Origin: Treponemataceae bacterium
Lineage (GTDB): Bacteria > Spirochaetota > Spirochaetia > Treponematales > Rectinemataceae
Length of the DNA: 64,000 nt
Direction: 5' to 3'
Assembly: GCA_963678065.2 (NCBI GenBank)
Contig: CAXXVZ010000004.1
Coordinates: 32,001 to 96,000 of the forward strand
The number at the start of each line of letters is the position of its first letter. Position 1 is the stretch's first letter. Shown here piece by piece: positions 49,488-58,813 of this stretch. The translations under genes and the position numbers were made by a program. The notes under the pieces are model-generated. The model had not been told where the DNA came from. It worked only from the letters and a program-made list of their open reading frames with translations, and did not search any database.

Positions 49488-49516
49488 TTGACAGAGCCCG
49501 GAATGCCCCGTATATT
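49488..49516 (+). promoter_or_regulatory. Sigma70 promoter of the thioredoxin gene
   Basis: TTGACA, 17 nt, TATATT. Confidence 0.7.
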
Positions 49517-49559
49517 GTTCTTCTCTCGATCATTGTTTTTCATTTTTCCAGGAGCAGTC

Positions 49560-49883
49560 ATGAGCGCCGAATTCATCGTAACCGCCGACAATTTCCAATC
49601 CGAAGTACTCGATTCGCCCGTACCTGTCCTCATCGATTTCTGGGCCGAGTGGTGCATGCCCTGTCGCATGATAGCGCCTTCCGTGGAACAGCTCGCTGCC
49701 TCCTACGAGGGAAAGATAAAAGTCGGCATGGTAAATGTGGACAAAGAAAGCGATCTCGCCTCACAGTACGGCATCATTTCCATCCCCACACTCATCGTCT
49801 TCAACGGAGGCCAGCTCGTACGCCAGAAAGTGGGAGCCCTGCCCAAACACGAGATTGAAAATCTCTTCAAGGATCTCGTCTGA
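49560..49883 (+). CDS. trxA: Thioredoxin
   Basis: [26 protein letters not shown]; 107 aa. Confidence 0.95.
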   Translation: MSAEFIVTADNFQSEVLDSPVPVLIDFWAEWCMPCRMIAPSVEQLAASYEGKIKVGMVNVDKESDLASQYGIISIPTLIVFNGGQLVRQKVGALPKHEIENLFKDLV

Positions 49884-49965
49884 ACACGAGGATCCGTTTG
49901 AGTTCCAGATAAAGCCTGGTTTTAAGCGCTTCTTCGCTGTATCAGTGCGGACACCAGTGCTGTTT

Positions 49966-51021
49966 TCACCGGCCCGCTTTCCGCGACTTTGCCGATGCGC
50001 GGGCCGGATCATTCGGGATGTTGTCCGATCCCGGACTCTGGCAGCCGGAATCGCAGAGGTACCAGAAGTCCCGGTCCATGGACGCCGGGGCGCCTGTTTC
50101 CGGCCAAAGCTTCCGCGCAATGGACCTCGTTGGTGAAAACTTGCGTCTGAATGCGTCTTCCCAGACCGGCGGGTCCGCGACTTTCCAGCTCCCTGAGCCT
50201 TCCTTCACAAAAGCCGAAAGCTTGTCTTCCTTCATCGGCCCGGACTTATCCTCGGCCGCGTACACGAGCATGTCCATGATTTCTCCACCCGGCCTCTCGG
50301 AAAGACGGATGGCGCCGTTCTCGTCGGGCAGGGCTCCGTCGGAGCACCAGAAATCCCGCGCCTCGGGCTTCGCGTCGATGCCGCCGGACAATGCGAGGTC
50401 GGATCCTTTTTCGTCTTTTTCCTCAGCGATTCCTTCTGGCGCGAGATGCAGGACGATATAGTCCCCCGAAGCCACTTCGACGCCCGGGAACACATAGCGA
50501 CAGGTCTTCACCGAGCTCGACCACGCGATCTCCATGCCCCCGAGGTTTCCCGCGCCAAGGACCCGCAACTCGACATAATCCCTGTGCGGGGAAGCCTTGG
50601 AACTGGTCTTGCCTGTCTGAACCTCCGAGAGGAGCATTCTGGCAGGCCTCGCGTTCCAGCCCGTAAACGAGAACACGAAACGCGTCGAATTTCCCCTCCT
50701 GTCCTCGACCTCGCCCGCCACCCGATACTCTTCCCCCGGATGAAACGGCTCTCCGAAATCGAGATCGAGTTCCCTCCCGAAAGCTTTGGCTTCGGCCTTC
50801 TTCGGGCCAGGCTCGAGGAAGAACGAGTCCGCGACGGGGATGATGTCCTCGCTGAAGGTCAGCGAGAAAGTACTCTCGCCCTCCGGAGCGGCGGACACGA
50901 CGAGAGGGGGCGTGAGGTCGGATTCCGGGATCAGACCGGGACCGGGTTTCTGCCCGCAGGAATGCAGGAAGAGGAACGCAGAGGCCACAGCCAGGGGGAT
51001 GAGTCGTCGTTTCGGATCCAT
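49966..51021 (-). CDS. Hypothetical lipoprotein (Ig-like plus possible lamin-tail-like domain)
   Basis: Lipobox-like FLHSC after a basic/hydrophobic N-terminus; DLTPP, LTFSE, LLSEV..DYVEL; RBS AGGAGG. Confidence 0.65.
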   Translation of the reverse strand: MDPKRRLIPLAVASAFLFLHSCGQKPGPGLIPESDLTPPLVVSAAPEGESTFSLTFSEDIIPVADSFFLEPGPKKAEAKAFGRELDLDFGEPFHPGEEYRVAGEVEDRRGNSTRFVFSFTGWNARPARMLLSEVQTGKTSSKASPHRDYVELRVLGAGNLGGMEIAWSSSVKTCRYVFPGVEVASGDYIVLHLAPEGIAEEKDEKGSDLALSGGIDAKPEARDFWCSDGALPDENGAIRLSERPGGEIMDMLVYAAEDKSGPMKEDKLSAFVKEGSGSWKVADPPVWEDAFRRKFSPTRSIARKLWPETGAPASMDRDFWYLCDSGCQSPGSDNIPNDPARASAKSRKAGR

Positions 51022-51189
51022 GAATCCTCCTTGAAAGACCATCGCGCGCAAGAGGGTCCGGCGCTTCAATTTCCGCGGCCTTCCGCCACTTTTTCCGTCA
51101 CTTTTCCCGAAACGACCTCGTTGACCCCCGATCCCGCCCCATCTGGGTTTGTGCGCAGGGATAAAAACACGGATTGCACGATTCATCAC

Positions 51190-51246
51190 TTTACAGATAC
51201 GGAAAGAAGTGGTACTGTCGATTTTCATTACTTACTTTGTGAAAAT
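51190..51246 (+). promoter_or_regulatory. Putative promoter and operator of the transketolase/sulfo-TK operon
   Basis: TTTACA, 17 nt, (TGg)TACTGT, followed by inverted repeat ATTTTCA-N12-TGAAAAT. Confidence 0.45.
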
Positions 51247-51262
51247 AATTACGGAGGATATC

Positions 51263-52180
51263 GTGGATGCAACGGAACTGAAAACTCTCGAGGACCGTGC
51301 GCGCGAGCTTCGGGCACTCACCATCGAGGAAATCGGGCATCTCGGCGTCGGTCACATCGGCGGGGCCATGTCGGTCATCGAAGTGCTCACCCTTCTCTAC
51401 TATAAGAAGATGAACGTCGATCCAGCCGATCCGGCCAAGCCCGACCGCGATCTTCTGGTCCTCTCAAAGGGACACGCCGGCCCGGCCCTCTACGCCACCC
51501 TGGCCATGAAAGGATTCTTCCCCAAGGAGTGGCTTCTCACCCTCAACCACGGAGGAACACGCCTCCCGAGCCACTGCGACCGCAGCAAGACCCCCGGCAT
51601 CGACATGACCACCGGCTCCCTGGGGCAGGGACTCTCTGCAGCATGTGGCCTCGCCCTCGCCTCCCGCATGGACGGAAAACCCGGCACCGTCTACTGCATC
51701 ATCGGGGACGGGGAGAGCGACGAGGGCCAGAACTGGGAAGCAGCCATGTTCGCCGCCCACTACAGCCTCTCCAATCTCGTCGCCTTCACGGACTTCAACA
51801 TGATGCAGATCGACGGCACGACGGAGGAGATCATGAACCTCGCCGACCCCGTCGCGAAGTGGAAGGCCTTCGGATGGGAGGCCGAGCGCGTGGACGGCCA
51901 CGACATGGCCGCCATCGACGCGGCGATCGATCGCGCCGCGTCACGGCGCTGCGCGGGCGAGGCCGCTAAGGCTGTTGGCGAGGCCGCGCCTCTTGGCTCG
52001 TCTTTCGGCTCGCCGACCATGATCATCCTCGACACCATCAAGGGCAAGGGCTGTTCCTTCTGCGAGAACCAGGTCGCGAGCCACAACATGAGCTACACGG
52101 CGGAGCAGACGGCCGAGGCTCTCGCCGCGCTCGGCGTCGCGCCAGTCCTCGACCTCGAGCCGACTCTCACGGTGGCCTGA
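51263..52180 (+). CDS. Split transketolase N-terminal subunit (putative sulfofructose transketolase, SqwG-like)
   Basis: GHIGG, LSKGHAGP, LPSHCD, TTGSLGQG, GDGESDEGQNWEA, DTIKGKG; GTG start after GGAGG. Confidence 0.9.
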   Translation: MDATELKTLEDRARELRALTIEEIGHLGVGHIGGAMSVIEVLTLLYYKKMNVDPADPAKPDRDLLVLSKGHAGPALYATLAMKGFFPKEWLLTLNHGGTRLPSHCDRSKTPGIDMTTGSLGQGLSAACGLALASRMDGKPGTVYCIIGDGESDEGQNWEAAMFAAHYSLSNLVAFTDFNMMQIDGTTEEIMNLADPVAKWKAFGWEAERVDGHDMAAIDAAIDRAASRRCAGEAAKAVGEAAPLGSSFGSPTMIILDTIKGKGCSFCENQVASHNMSYTAEQTAEALAALGVAPVLDLEPTLTVA

Positions 52181-52212
52181 TTCCGGCCCGCCTGACACCC
52201 AAGGAGACAGCA

Positions 52213-53151
52213 ATGGCAGATCAGAAAGAAATGCGCGCCCAATATGCCGAAACACTCATCGCCCTCGTCGGCGAGGGCAAAGATATCGTCGTCGTGGAGG
52301 CCGATCTCATGAGGGCGACAGGAACCGGAGCCTTCGCGAAGAAGTTCCCGAACCGCACGGTGAACGTCGGTGTCGCCGAGGCCAACCTCGTCGGCGTCTC
52401 GGCCGGCCTCTCTGCGGGCGGCAAGATACCCTTCGCGGCCACCTTCGGCTGCTTCGCGAGCCGCCGGGCCTTCGACCAGTTCTTCCTCGCGGCCAACTAC
52501 GCCCGCCTCAATGTAAAACTCGTCGGAACCGATCCAGGCGTAACCGCGGCCTTCAACGGCGGAACGCACATGCCCCTCGAGGACATCGCCCTCATGCGGA
52601 CGATCCCCGACCTCGTCATCCTCGAGCCCTCCGACCCTGTCTCCCTGGACGCCCTCGTCCGCGCCTCGGCAGTGCACTACGGCTCGGTCTACATGAGACT
52701 CCAGCGCAAGCCCGCCGCATTCATCTATCCTGTAGGCGAAAAATTCGAGATCGGAAAGTCGAAGGTCCTGCGCGAGGGGAAGGACCTCGTCCTCGTCGCC
52801 CTCGGCTGCCTCATGGTGAAGGAAGCCCTCAAAGCCGCCGATCTGCTTGCCGCCGAAGGGATCGCGGCCGCCGTAGTCGATGCCCTCAGCGTAGCCCCTC
52901 TCGACATAGCGACCATAGGCGGACTCATGAACGCGACCGGCCGCATCGTGACCTGCGAGAATCACCGCGTGACCGGCGGCCTCGGCTCGGCCGTCGCGGA
53001 GCTCATCGCCGAGGGCGAGAGCAGCGTCTGCCAGAGGCGCATCGGCGCCGGCGCCAACGAGTTCGGCGAAGTCGGGACTCAGGACTGGCTGGCAGAGCGC
53101 TTCCGTATGACGGCGCCCCACATCGCCGCCGCAGCCAAAGAATTGTTCTGA
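52213..53151 (+). CDS. Split transketolase C-terminal subunit (putative SqwH-like)
   Basis: GVAEAN, FASRRAFDQ, GTDPGVTAAFNGGTHMP, ENHRVTGGLGSAV. Confidence 0.9.
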   Translation: MADQKEMRAQYAETLIALVGEGKDIVVVEADLMRATGTGAFAKKFPNRTVNVGVAEANLVGVSAGLSAGGKIPFAATFGCFASRRAFDQFFLAANYARLNVKLVGTDPGVTAAFNGGTHMPLEDIALMRTIPDLVILEPSDPVSLDALVRASAVHYGSVYMRLQRKPAAFIYPVGEKFEIGKSKVLREGKDLVLVALGCLMVKEALKAADLLAAEGIAAAVVDALSVAPLDIATIGGLMNATGRIVTCENHRVTGGLGSAVAELIAEGESSVCQRRIGAGANEFGEVGTQDWLAERFRMTAPHIAAAAKELF

Positions 53152-53162
53152 AGAGGTACACT

Positions 53163-53648
53163 ATGGCCGAAAAAACCAAGCTCGCGATCGCGTCCGACCT
53201 ATCCGGATTCCCCCTCAAGCAGGAACTCGTGAAACACCTGTCCTCCCGCGACGACATCGAACTCATCGACTTCGGCATCGAGAGCGCCGAGGCTCCCCAG
53301 CCTTACTTCATCCAGGCCCCCAAGGTCGCGAAAGCGATCCAGGAAGGCCGCGCCGACAAAGGCATTCTCATCTGCGGCACCGGCCAAGGCATGGCCATCG
53401 TCGCCAACAAGCATAAGGGCGTCTACGCCTGCGTGGTCGACGACCTCTTCTCCGGCGAGCGCGCCAGGATCGTCAACAACGCCAACGTGATCACGATGGG
53501 CGGCTGGATCACGGCGCCCTTCCTCGGCACCCAGATCGTCGACGCCTGGCTCGCAATGGCCTTCACCCAGAAGATGGAGTTCAAGAAAGACTTCCTCACC
53601 AACGCCTTCAACAAGGTCGTCGAACTCGAGGGGGAGCAGTTCAAATGA
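53163..53648 (+). CDS. RpiB family isomerase, non-canonical (putative sulfoerythrose isomerase, SqwI-like)
   Basis: ASDLSG, ICGTGQGM, ANK, VNNANV. Confidence 0.85.
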   Translation: MAEKTKLAIASDLSGFPLKQELVKHLSSRDDIELIDFGIESAEAPQPYFIQAPKVAKAIQEGRADKGILICGTGQGMAIVANKHKGVYACVVDDLFSGERARIVNNANVITMGGWITAPFLGTQIVDAWLAMAFTQKMEFKKDFLTNAFNKVVELEGEQFK

Positions 53649-55147
53649 GCCAGACGAATGCCGCCGCACCACTCGGCGCCAGCACCGCCACGCCATCCCA
53701 GGCGCCCTCCGCAGCCACATCGCCCGCGGCCTCGCCGCACGCGGCCGACAACGAAAGCCTCATCGCCGCCCTCGTCGCCAAAGCCCGCGCGGCCCAGAAA
53801 ATCGCGGCCACCTGGAGCCAGGAGCGCCTCGACGAGGTCGTCTTCGCCGTCGGCTGGTCGGTCTACAAGGACGAAAACATACGCGTCCTCGCCCGCGCCG
53901 CCGTCGACGAAACTGGCATGGGCGTCTACGAGGACAAGCTCACCAAGCACAAGAACAAGGTCATGGGCGTCCTCAGGGATATCAAGGGCGCGAAGACCGT
54001 CGGGCTCATGGAGGTCGACGAAAAGAAGGGCATCCACAAGTACGCGAAGCCCGTGGGCGTCGTCGGCGCCCTCGCCCCTGTCACGAATCCCACGGCCACA
54101 CCCGCCTCCAACGGTCTTTCGATCCTGAAAGGGGCCAACGCTGTCATTTTCGCGCCTCACCCCAAGGCCAAGGGCGCGACGAAGCTCGCCTGCGAGTACA
54201 TGAGGGCGGCGCTGCGAAGCGTCGGAGCCCCTGAGGACCTCGTCCAGTGCGTCGGGAACCCCTCCGTGGAGCTCACGGGCGAACTCATGCGCCAGGTCGA
54301 CCTCGTCGTCGCCACGGGCGGCGGGGCCATGGTCAAGGCGGCCTACTCCTCAGGCACGCCCGCATACGGCGTCGGCCCCGGCAACGCCGTCCAGCTCCTG
54401 TGCGAGGACGCCGATCCGGCCGACGCCGCGACGAAAATCTCGACCTCAAAATGCTTCGACAACGCGACAAGCTGCTCCAGCGAGAACACGGCCGTCGTCC
54501 ACGAGGCCGTCTACGGCGCCTTCCTCGCGGGCCTCGTCTCCAAAGGCGGGCACCTCTGCTCCGCAGAGGAGAAGGCCAAGCTCCGCAACTGGGTCTGGGT
54601 AAAAAACAAAAGTGGCGCCGAGGGCCTGAATCCCGCCGTCATCGCCCACGGCGCATCCGTCATCGCATCTGGCGCGGGTTTCTCCGTCCCGGAAGGGACG
54701 CGCTTCCTCATCGTCGCAGGAACCCCGGACATCGAAAACGACAAGTTCTTCCACGAAAAAATTTCCCCCGTCCTCGCCGTCCTGAAGTGCTCGAGTTTCG
54801 AGGAAGGAAGGGCCTTCGTCGTGCGCATCACCGACGAGTGCGGCACAGGCCACTCCTCGGGCATCTTCACCTTCAAGGACGAGTACATCCGCCGCATGGG
54901 CGAGACGATGAAGTCGAGCCGCATCATGGTGCGCCAGCCCATGGTCTCTGGCAACGGAGGGGCCTTCTTCAACGGCATGCCCTCCACCGTCACTCTGGGC
55001 TGCGGAACCTGGGGCGGCAACATCACTACGGAAAACATCCACTGGCGCCAGTTCATCAACGTGACCTGGCTCGCCATGCCCATCGAGCCGAACCGCCCCT
55101 CCGACGAGGAGATTTTCGGCGCGCTCTGGGCGAAGTACGGCAGATGA
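53645..55147 (+). CDS. CoA-acylating aldehyde dehydrogenase (sulfoacetaldehyde dehydrogenase SauS/SqwD-like)
   Basis: KPVGVV, PVTNP, ATGG, AYSSGTPAYGVGPGN, FDNATSCSSEN, EKISP, GHS, LGCGTWGGN, PSDEEIFG. Confidence 0.85.
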   Translation: MSQTNAAAPLGASTATPSQAPSAATSPAASPHAADNESLIAALVAKARAAQKIAATWSQERLDEVVFAVGWSVYKDENIRVLARAAVDETGMGVYEDKLTKHKNKVMGVLRDIKGAKTVGLMEVDEKKGIHKYAKPVGVVGALAPVTNPTATPASNGLSILKGANAVIFAPHPKAKGATKLACEYMRAALRSVGAPEDLVQCVGNPSVELTGELMRQVDLVVATGGGAMVKAAYSSGTPAYGVGPGNAVQLLCEDADPADAATKISTSKCFDNATSCSSENTAVVHEAVYGAFLAGLVSKGGHLCSAEEKAKLRNWVWVKNKSGAEGLNPAVIAHGASVIASGAGFSVPEGTRFLIVAGTPDIENDKFFHEKISPVLAVLKCSSFEEGRAFVVRITDECGTGHSSGIFTFKDEYIRRMGETMKSSRIMVRQPMVSGNGGAFFNGMPSTVTLGCGTWGGNITTENIHWRQFINVTWLAMPIEPNRPSDEEIFGALWAKYGR

Positions 55148-55157
55148 GAAGGCGGGC

Positions 55158-56279
55158 ATGAAACTCCTCGAACACCAGGCCAAGGAAGTCTTCGCCGCGG
55201 CGGGGCTGGCCGTTCCCCGGGGCGAGGTCGTGGTCGACGCGGATGCGGCCTCGCGCGCGGCCGAAACCCTCGGCTTCCCCTGCGTCCTCAAGTCCCAGGT
55301 CGCGCGCGGCGGCCGCGGCAAGGCCGGTCTCATCAAACTCGTCCGCAGCGGCTCCGAAGCGCGTGAAACCGCCGAGGCCCTGTTCGCCTCCCCTCACGGC
55401 GTGAAAAAGATCCTCGTCGAGCAGGCCGTCGATATTGCCCGGGAAATCTACGTCTCCGTCACCGTCGACCCCGTATCATCCCGCGCCCTCGTCCTCGCCT
55501 GCGCCGAAGGCGGTGTCGAGATCGAGGAACTCGCCAGGACCGCCCCGGAAAAGATCGTGCGCGAGTGCGTCGACCTGGACGAAGGCCTCCTTCCCTTCCG
55601 CGCCCGCAACATCGCCTACGGCCTGGGGTTCGAGGGGGAGCTTGCGAAAAAATTCGCCTCCGTCGTTGAAACCCTCTACAAAGTCTTCCGTAGCCACGAC
55701 GCCGAGCTCGCCGAGATCAACCCCCTGTTCGTGACGAAGTCGGGCGAGGTCGTCGCGGGGGACGGAAAGCTCTCCATCGACGACAACGCGATGTTCCGCC
55801 ACGCGGCTTTTGAGCCCGGACGCGACTACTACGACTCTGATGTCGCCTACGAGGCAGCACAGGAAGGCATTCCCTACCTCCAGTTCGACGGCGACATCAG
55901 TCTCATGTGCGCGGGGGCCGGCCTCACGACCACGGTCTACGACCTCATCGCGGACGCAGGCGGCTCGGTGGCCAACTACCTCGAGTTCGGCGGCCCCAAC
56001 TACAAGAAGGGCGTGCGCGCCATGGAGCTCTGCGTGCGCAACAGGCCGAAGGTCATCCTCATCGTCACCTTCGGCACCATAGCGCGGGCCGACATCATGG
56101 CCGAGGGCATCGTCGAGGCGATCGGAAAGCTCAAGCCGACCTGCCCCATCGTGGTCTGTATCCGCGGCACGGGCGAAGTCGAGGCGGCGGAAAAACTGCG
56201 CGCGGCGGGACTCGATCCCCTGACAGACACCGAAGAGGCCGTCCGGAAGGCCGTCTCACTCTGCTCTGGAGGCGCCTGA
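55158..56279 (+). CDS. ADP-forming acyl-CoA ligase beta subunit (SucC-like; putative sulfoacetate-CoA ligase)
   Basis: MKLLEHQAK, GGRGKAG, EGGVEIE, EINPL, DDNAMFRH; divergent CAGAGL and NYLEFGG. Confidence 0.85.
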   Translation: MKLLEHQAKEVFAAAGLAVPRGEVVVDADAASRAAETLGFPCVLKSQVARGGRGKAGLIKLVRSGSEARETAEALFASPHGVKKILVEQAVDIAREIYVSVTVDPVSSRALVLACAEGGVEIEELARTAPEKIVRECVDLDEGLLPFRARNIAYGLGFEGELAKKFASVVETLYKVFRSHDAELAEINPLFVTKSGEVVAGDGKLSIDDNAMFRHAAFEPGRDYYDSDVAYEAAQEGIPYLQFDGDISLMCAGAGLTTTVYDLIADAGGSVANYLEFGGPNYKKGVRAMELCVRNRPKVILIVTFGTIARADIMAEGIVEAIGKLKPTCPIVVCIRGTGEVEAAEKLRAAGLDPLTDTEEAVRKAVSLCSGGA

Positions 56280-57278
56280 ATGAGCATCTTCATCGACCGG
56301 AACACGCGCGTCGTCGTCCAGGGCGCGACGGGGGGCGAAGGCTCCTTCTGGACGAAGCACATGATCGAACTCGGCACCGCGGTCGTCGCGGGCGTCACGC
56401 CCGGCAAGGAAGGGATGACCGTCGCGGGCGACGCCGCCGTGCCCGACGATGTCGCGCGCAGAGCCATCGCGGGCGACGCGGCTGCCAGTGGCGACGAAAA
56501 ATCCGGCCGCACCGACAAGGCTAAAAAAACCGGCGTCCCGATCTATCACACGGTCAGACGCGCCGTCGCCGAGCACCCTGCCGACGCGGCCATGCTTTTC
56601 GTGCCGCCCCACTTCACGAAAGACGCGGTATTCGAAGCCCTCGACTCAGGGATAAAAAAGATCGTCACCATAGCCGACGGCATTCCCCTCCACGAAGCCC
56701 TCCAGATCAGGATGGCAGCCCGATCCTGCGGCGCGCGCGTCATCGGCGGCAACACCTCCGGCGTCATCAGTCCCGGGCGCGCCATGATGGGCATGTTCCC
56801 TCACTGGATAGCCCGCGTGTACAAGCCCGGCCGCATCGGCGTCATGACGCGCTCAGGAAGCCTCACCAACGAGGTCACGGCCATGATCGTGGCAGGCGGA
56901 TTCGGAGTCTCCTCCCTCATCGGCGTCGGCGGCGATCCCGTCCCGGGCACCCGATTCGCCGAGATGCTCCCCGACTTCCAGGCCGACCCCGACACCGACG
57001 CCGTCGTCATCATCGGCGAACTCGGCGGCACGATGGAGGAGGAAGTGGCCGAAGCGATCGCCTCGGGCAGCTTTACGAAACCGCTCGTCGCCTTCATCGG
57101 CGGCCGACACGCCCCTGCGGGCAAGCGCATGGGCCACGCCGGCGCCATCGTCTCAGGCGGACTCGGCTCGGCCCTCGACAAGATCATAGTCCTTCGGGCA
57201 TCAGGCGCCATCGTCGCCGAGCGTCCGAGCCTCGTGGGCGACTGCCTCGCGCGGGCACTCGCGGGGAATCGCAGATGA
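56280..57278 (+). CDS. ADP-forming acyl-CoA ligase alpha subunit (SucD-like; putative sulfoacetate-CoA ligase)
   Basis: VQGATG, GVTPGK, RSGSLT, GVGGDP, IGELGG, RMGHAGA phospho-His motif. Confidence 0.87.
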   Translation: MSIFIDRNTRVVVQGATGGEGSFWTKHMIELGTAVVAGVTPGKEGMTVAGDAAVPDDVARRAIAGDAAASGDEKSGRTDKAKKTGVPIYHTVRRAVAEHPADAAMLFVPPHFTKDAVFEALDSGIKKIVTIADGIPLHEALQIRMAARSCGARVIGGNTSGVISPGRAMMGMFPHWIARVYKPGRIGVMTRSGSLTNEVTAMIVAGGFGVSSLIGVGGDPVPGTRFAEMLPDFQADPDTDAVVIIGELGGTMEEEVAEAIASGSFTKPLVAFIGGRHAPAGKRMGHAGAIVSGGLGSALDKIIVLRASGAIVAERPSLVGDCLARALAGNRR

Positions 57279-58732
57279 GTTCAGCCCCTGCAGGCAGCGC
57301 ACAAAGGGCAATAGCCATAGCAGGAGCCGCCATCGTCCTCGTCGCCATCATGATTTTCCCCGTCCCGGAAGCCATGAAGACGAGTCACGGCGCCGCGCTG
57401 AGCCGCCAGGGCCAGACCGCCCTCGCGGTCCTCGCCTTCGCCCTCGTCCTGTGGATAGCCGAGGCCCTGCCCTTCCACATCACGGGCCTCGCCGCCATCC
57501 TCCTCCTCGCCGTCTTCAGGGCGGGCGAGTACGGCGACATAGTCCGCTACGGCTTCGGCGACGACGTCGTCGTATTTTTCATCGGTGTCCTCGTCGTAGC
57601 CGCCTGCCTCGGGCGCTCGGGCCTTGCCAAGCGCTTCTCCCTCTTCGTTCTCTCCCTCACGGGGAACTCGACGCGAGCGATAATCTTCGGTTTCCTCGCG
57701 GCAGGAGCCTTCCTCAGCATGTGGATCACGGCGTTGGCCGCCTCGGCCATGCTCATGCCCCTCGCCCTCGGAATCCTGAAGGACGAAGGCGAGGTTCCGG
57801 GCAAGAGCCGCTTCGGGAAGGCCCTCATGATAGCCGTCGCCTGGGGGGCTCTCATCGGGGCTCTCGGCACGCCCGCCGGTTCGGGCTCCAATCCCATCGC
57901 CATCCGCTTCCTCTCGGAAATCGCCGGCTACAACATCTCCTTCCTCGGGTGGATGGCCTTCGGCTTCCCCGCCCTCCTCGTCCTTCTGCCGACAGCCTGG
58001 CTCATCATCATCCTCTTCTTCCCGCCTGAGCGCAGGCATCTCGCGCGGAGCAAGGCCGACATCATGGCGGAGTTCTCCTCCCAAGGCCGGCTCTCCCGAC
58101 AGGAGATCGTGACGGCGCTGGTCTTCTTCGCCACCATCGCGATCTGGGTGGCCTCGCCCGCCATCGGCCATCTTTTGGGCATCAAGGTGCCCATCTCCAT
58201 GGGCGCCCTCGTCGCCATCCTCCTCATCTTCCTTCCCGGATCGACGGGCTACTCGTGGAAGGATCTCCAGAAGGAGATAGACTGGGCGGGCATCCTCCTC
58301 ATCGCCACGGGCATAAGTCTGGGCATGACGCTCTACAAGACAGGAGCCGCGGCCTGGGTGGCCGCGAGCGTCCTAGGCGGAATCGGCCAGCTCTCCGACT
58401 TCTGGCGCCTTGTCGCGGTCGTACTCGGCGTCTTCGCGATCAAAGTGGTATTCTCATCCAACACCCTCACCGGCACCATCATCGTTCCCCTCATCCTCGC
58501 TCTCGGCGCGAGCCTTGGCATCGACGCGCGCATGCTCGCCCTCGCGGCCGGCTTCGCCTCGAACCTCGCCGTCATCCTCGTGACGACCTCGCCGGTGAAC
58601 GTGATTCCCTACACGACGGGCTATTTTTCCATCAGGGACATGGCGAAGGCCGGTCTGGTTCTGGCGCTGGTGGCCTCATTCGTGATAGCACTTGCATTCA
58701 TGGCTGTCGGTTCGATCCGCGGAGGACTCTGA
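57275..58732 (+). CDS. DASS/SLC13 family anion transporter
   Basis: LWIAEALP, LSMWIT, GTPAGSGSN, IDW, SSNT, TSPVNVI.Y; many TM segments. Confidence 0.88.
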   Translation: MSSAPAGSAQRAIAIAGAAIVLVAIMIFPVPEAMKTSHGAALSRQGQTALAVLAFALVLWIAEALPFHITGLAAILLLAVFRAGEYGDIVRYGFGDDVVVFFIGVLVVAACLGRSGLAKRFSLFVLSLTGNSTRAIIFGFLAAGAFLSMWITALAASAMLMPLALGILKDEGEVPGKSRFGKALMIAVAWGALIGALGTPAGSGSNPIAIRFLSEIAGYNISFLGWMAFGFPALLVLLPTAWLIIILFFPPERRHLARSKADIMAEFSSQGRLSRQEIVTALVFFATIAIWVASPAIGHLLGIKVPISMGALVAILLIFLPGSTGYSWKDLQKEIDWAGILLIATGISLGMTLYKTGAAAWVAASVLGGIGQLSDFWRLVAVVLGVFAIKVVFSSNTLTGTIIVPLILALGASLGIDARMLALAAGFASNLAVILVTTSPVNVIPYTTGYFSIRDMAKAGLVLALVASFVIALAFMAVGSIRGGL

Positions 58733-58813
58733 AGAGGCATTCGGTCAGGTTCTCCAGGCTGCCGGCAGCCCGCCCGCCTTCGCGGGCGCAGCACATGATG
58801 ACAGGAAGCTGAC

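Noticed and set aside
53645..53760. N-terminal extension of the aldehyde dehydrogenase as a microcompartment encapsulation peptide
   Set aside because: It is Ala/Pro/Ser low-complexity rather than an amphipathic helix, and no shell genes are in the window.
55158..57278. Annotation as TCA-cycle sucCD
   Set aside because: Substrate-site motifs diverge and the context is a transketolase/aldehyde dehydrogenase operon; gene symbols withheld.
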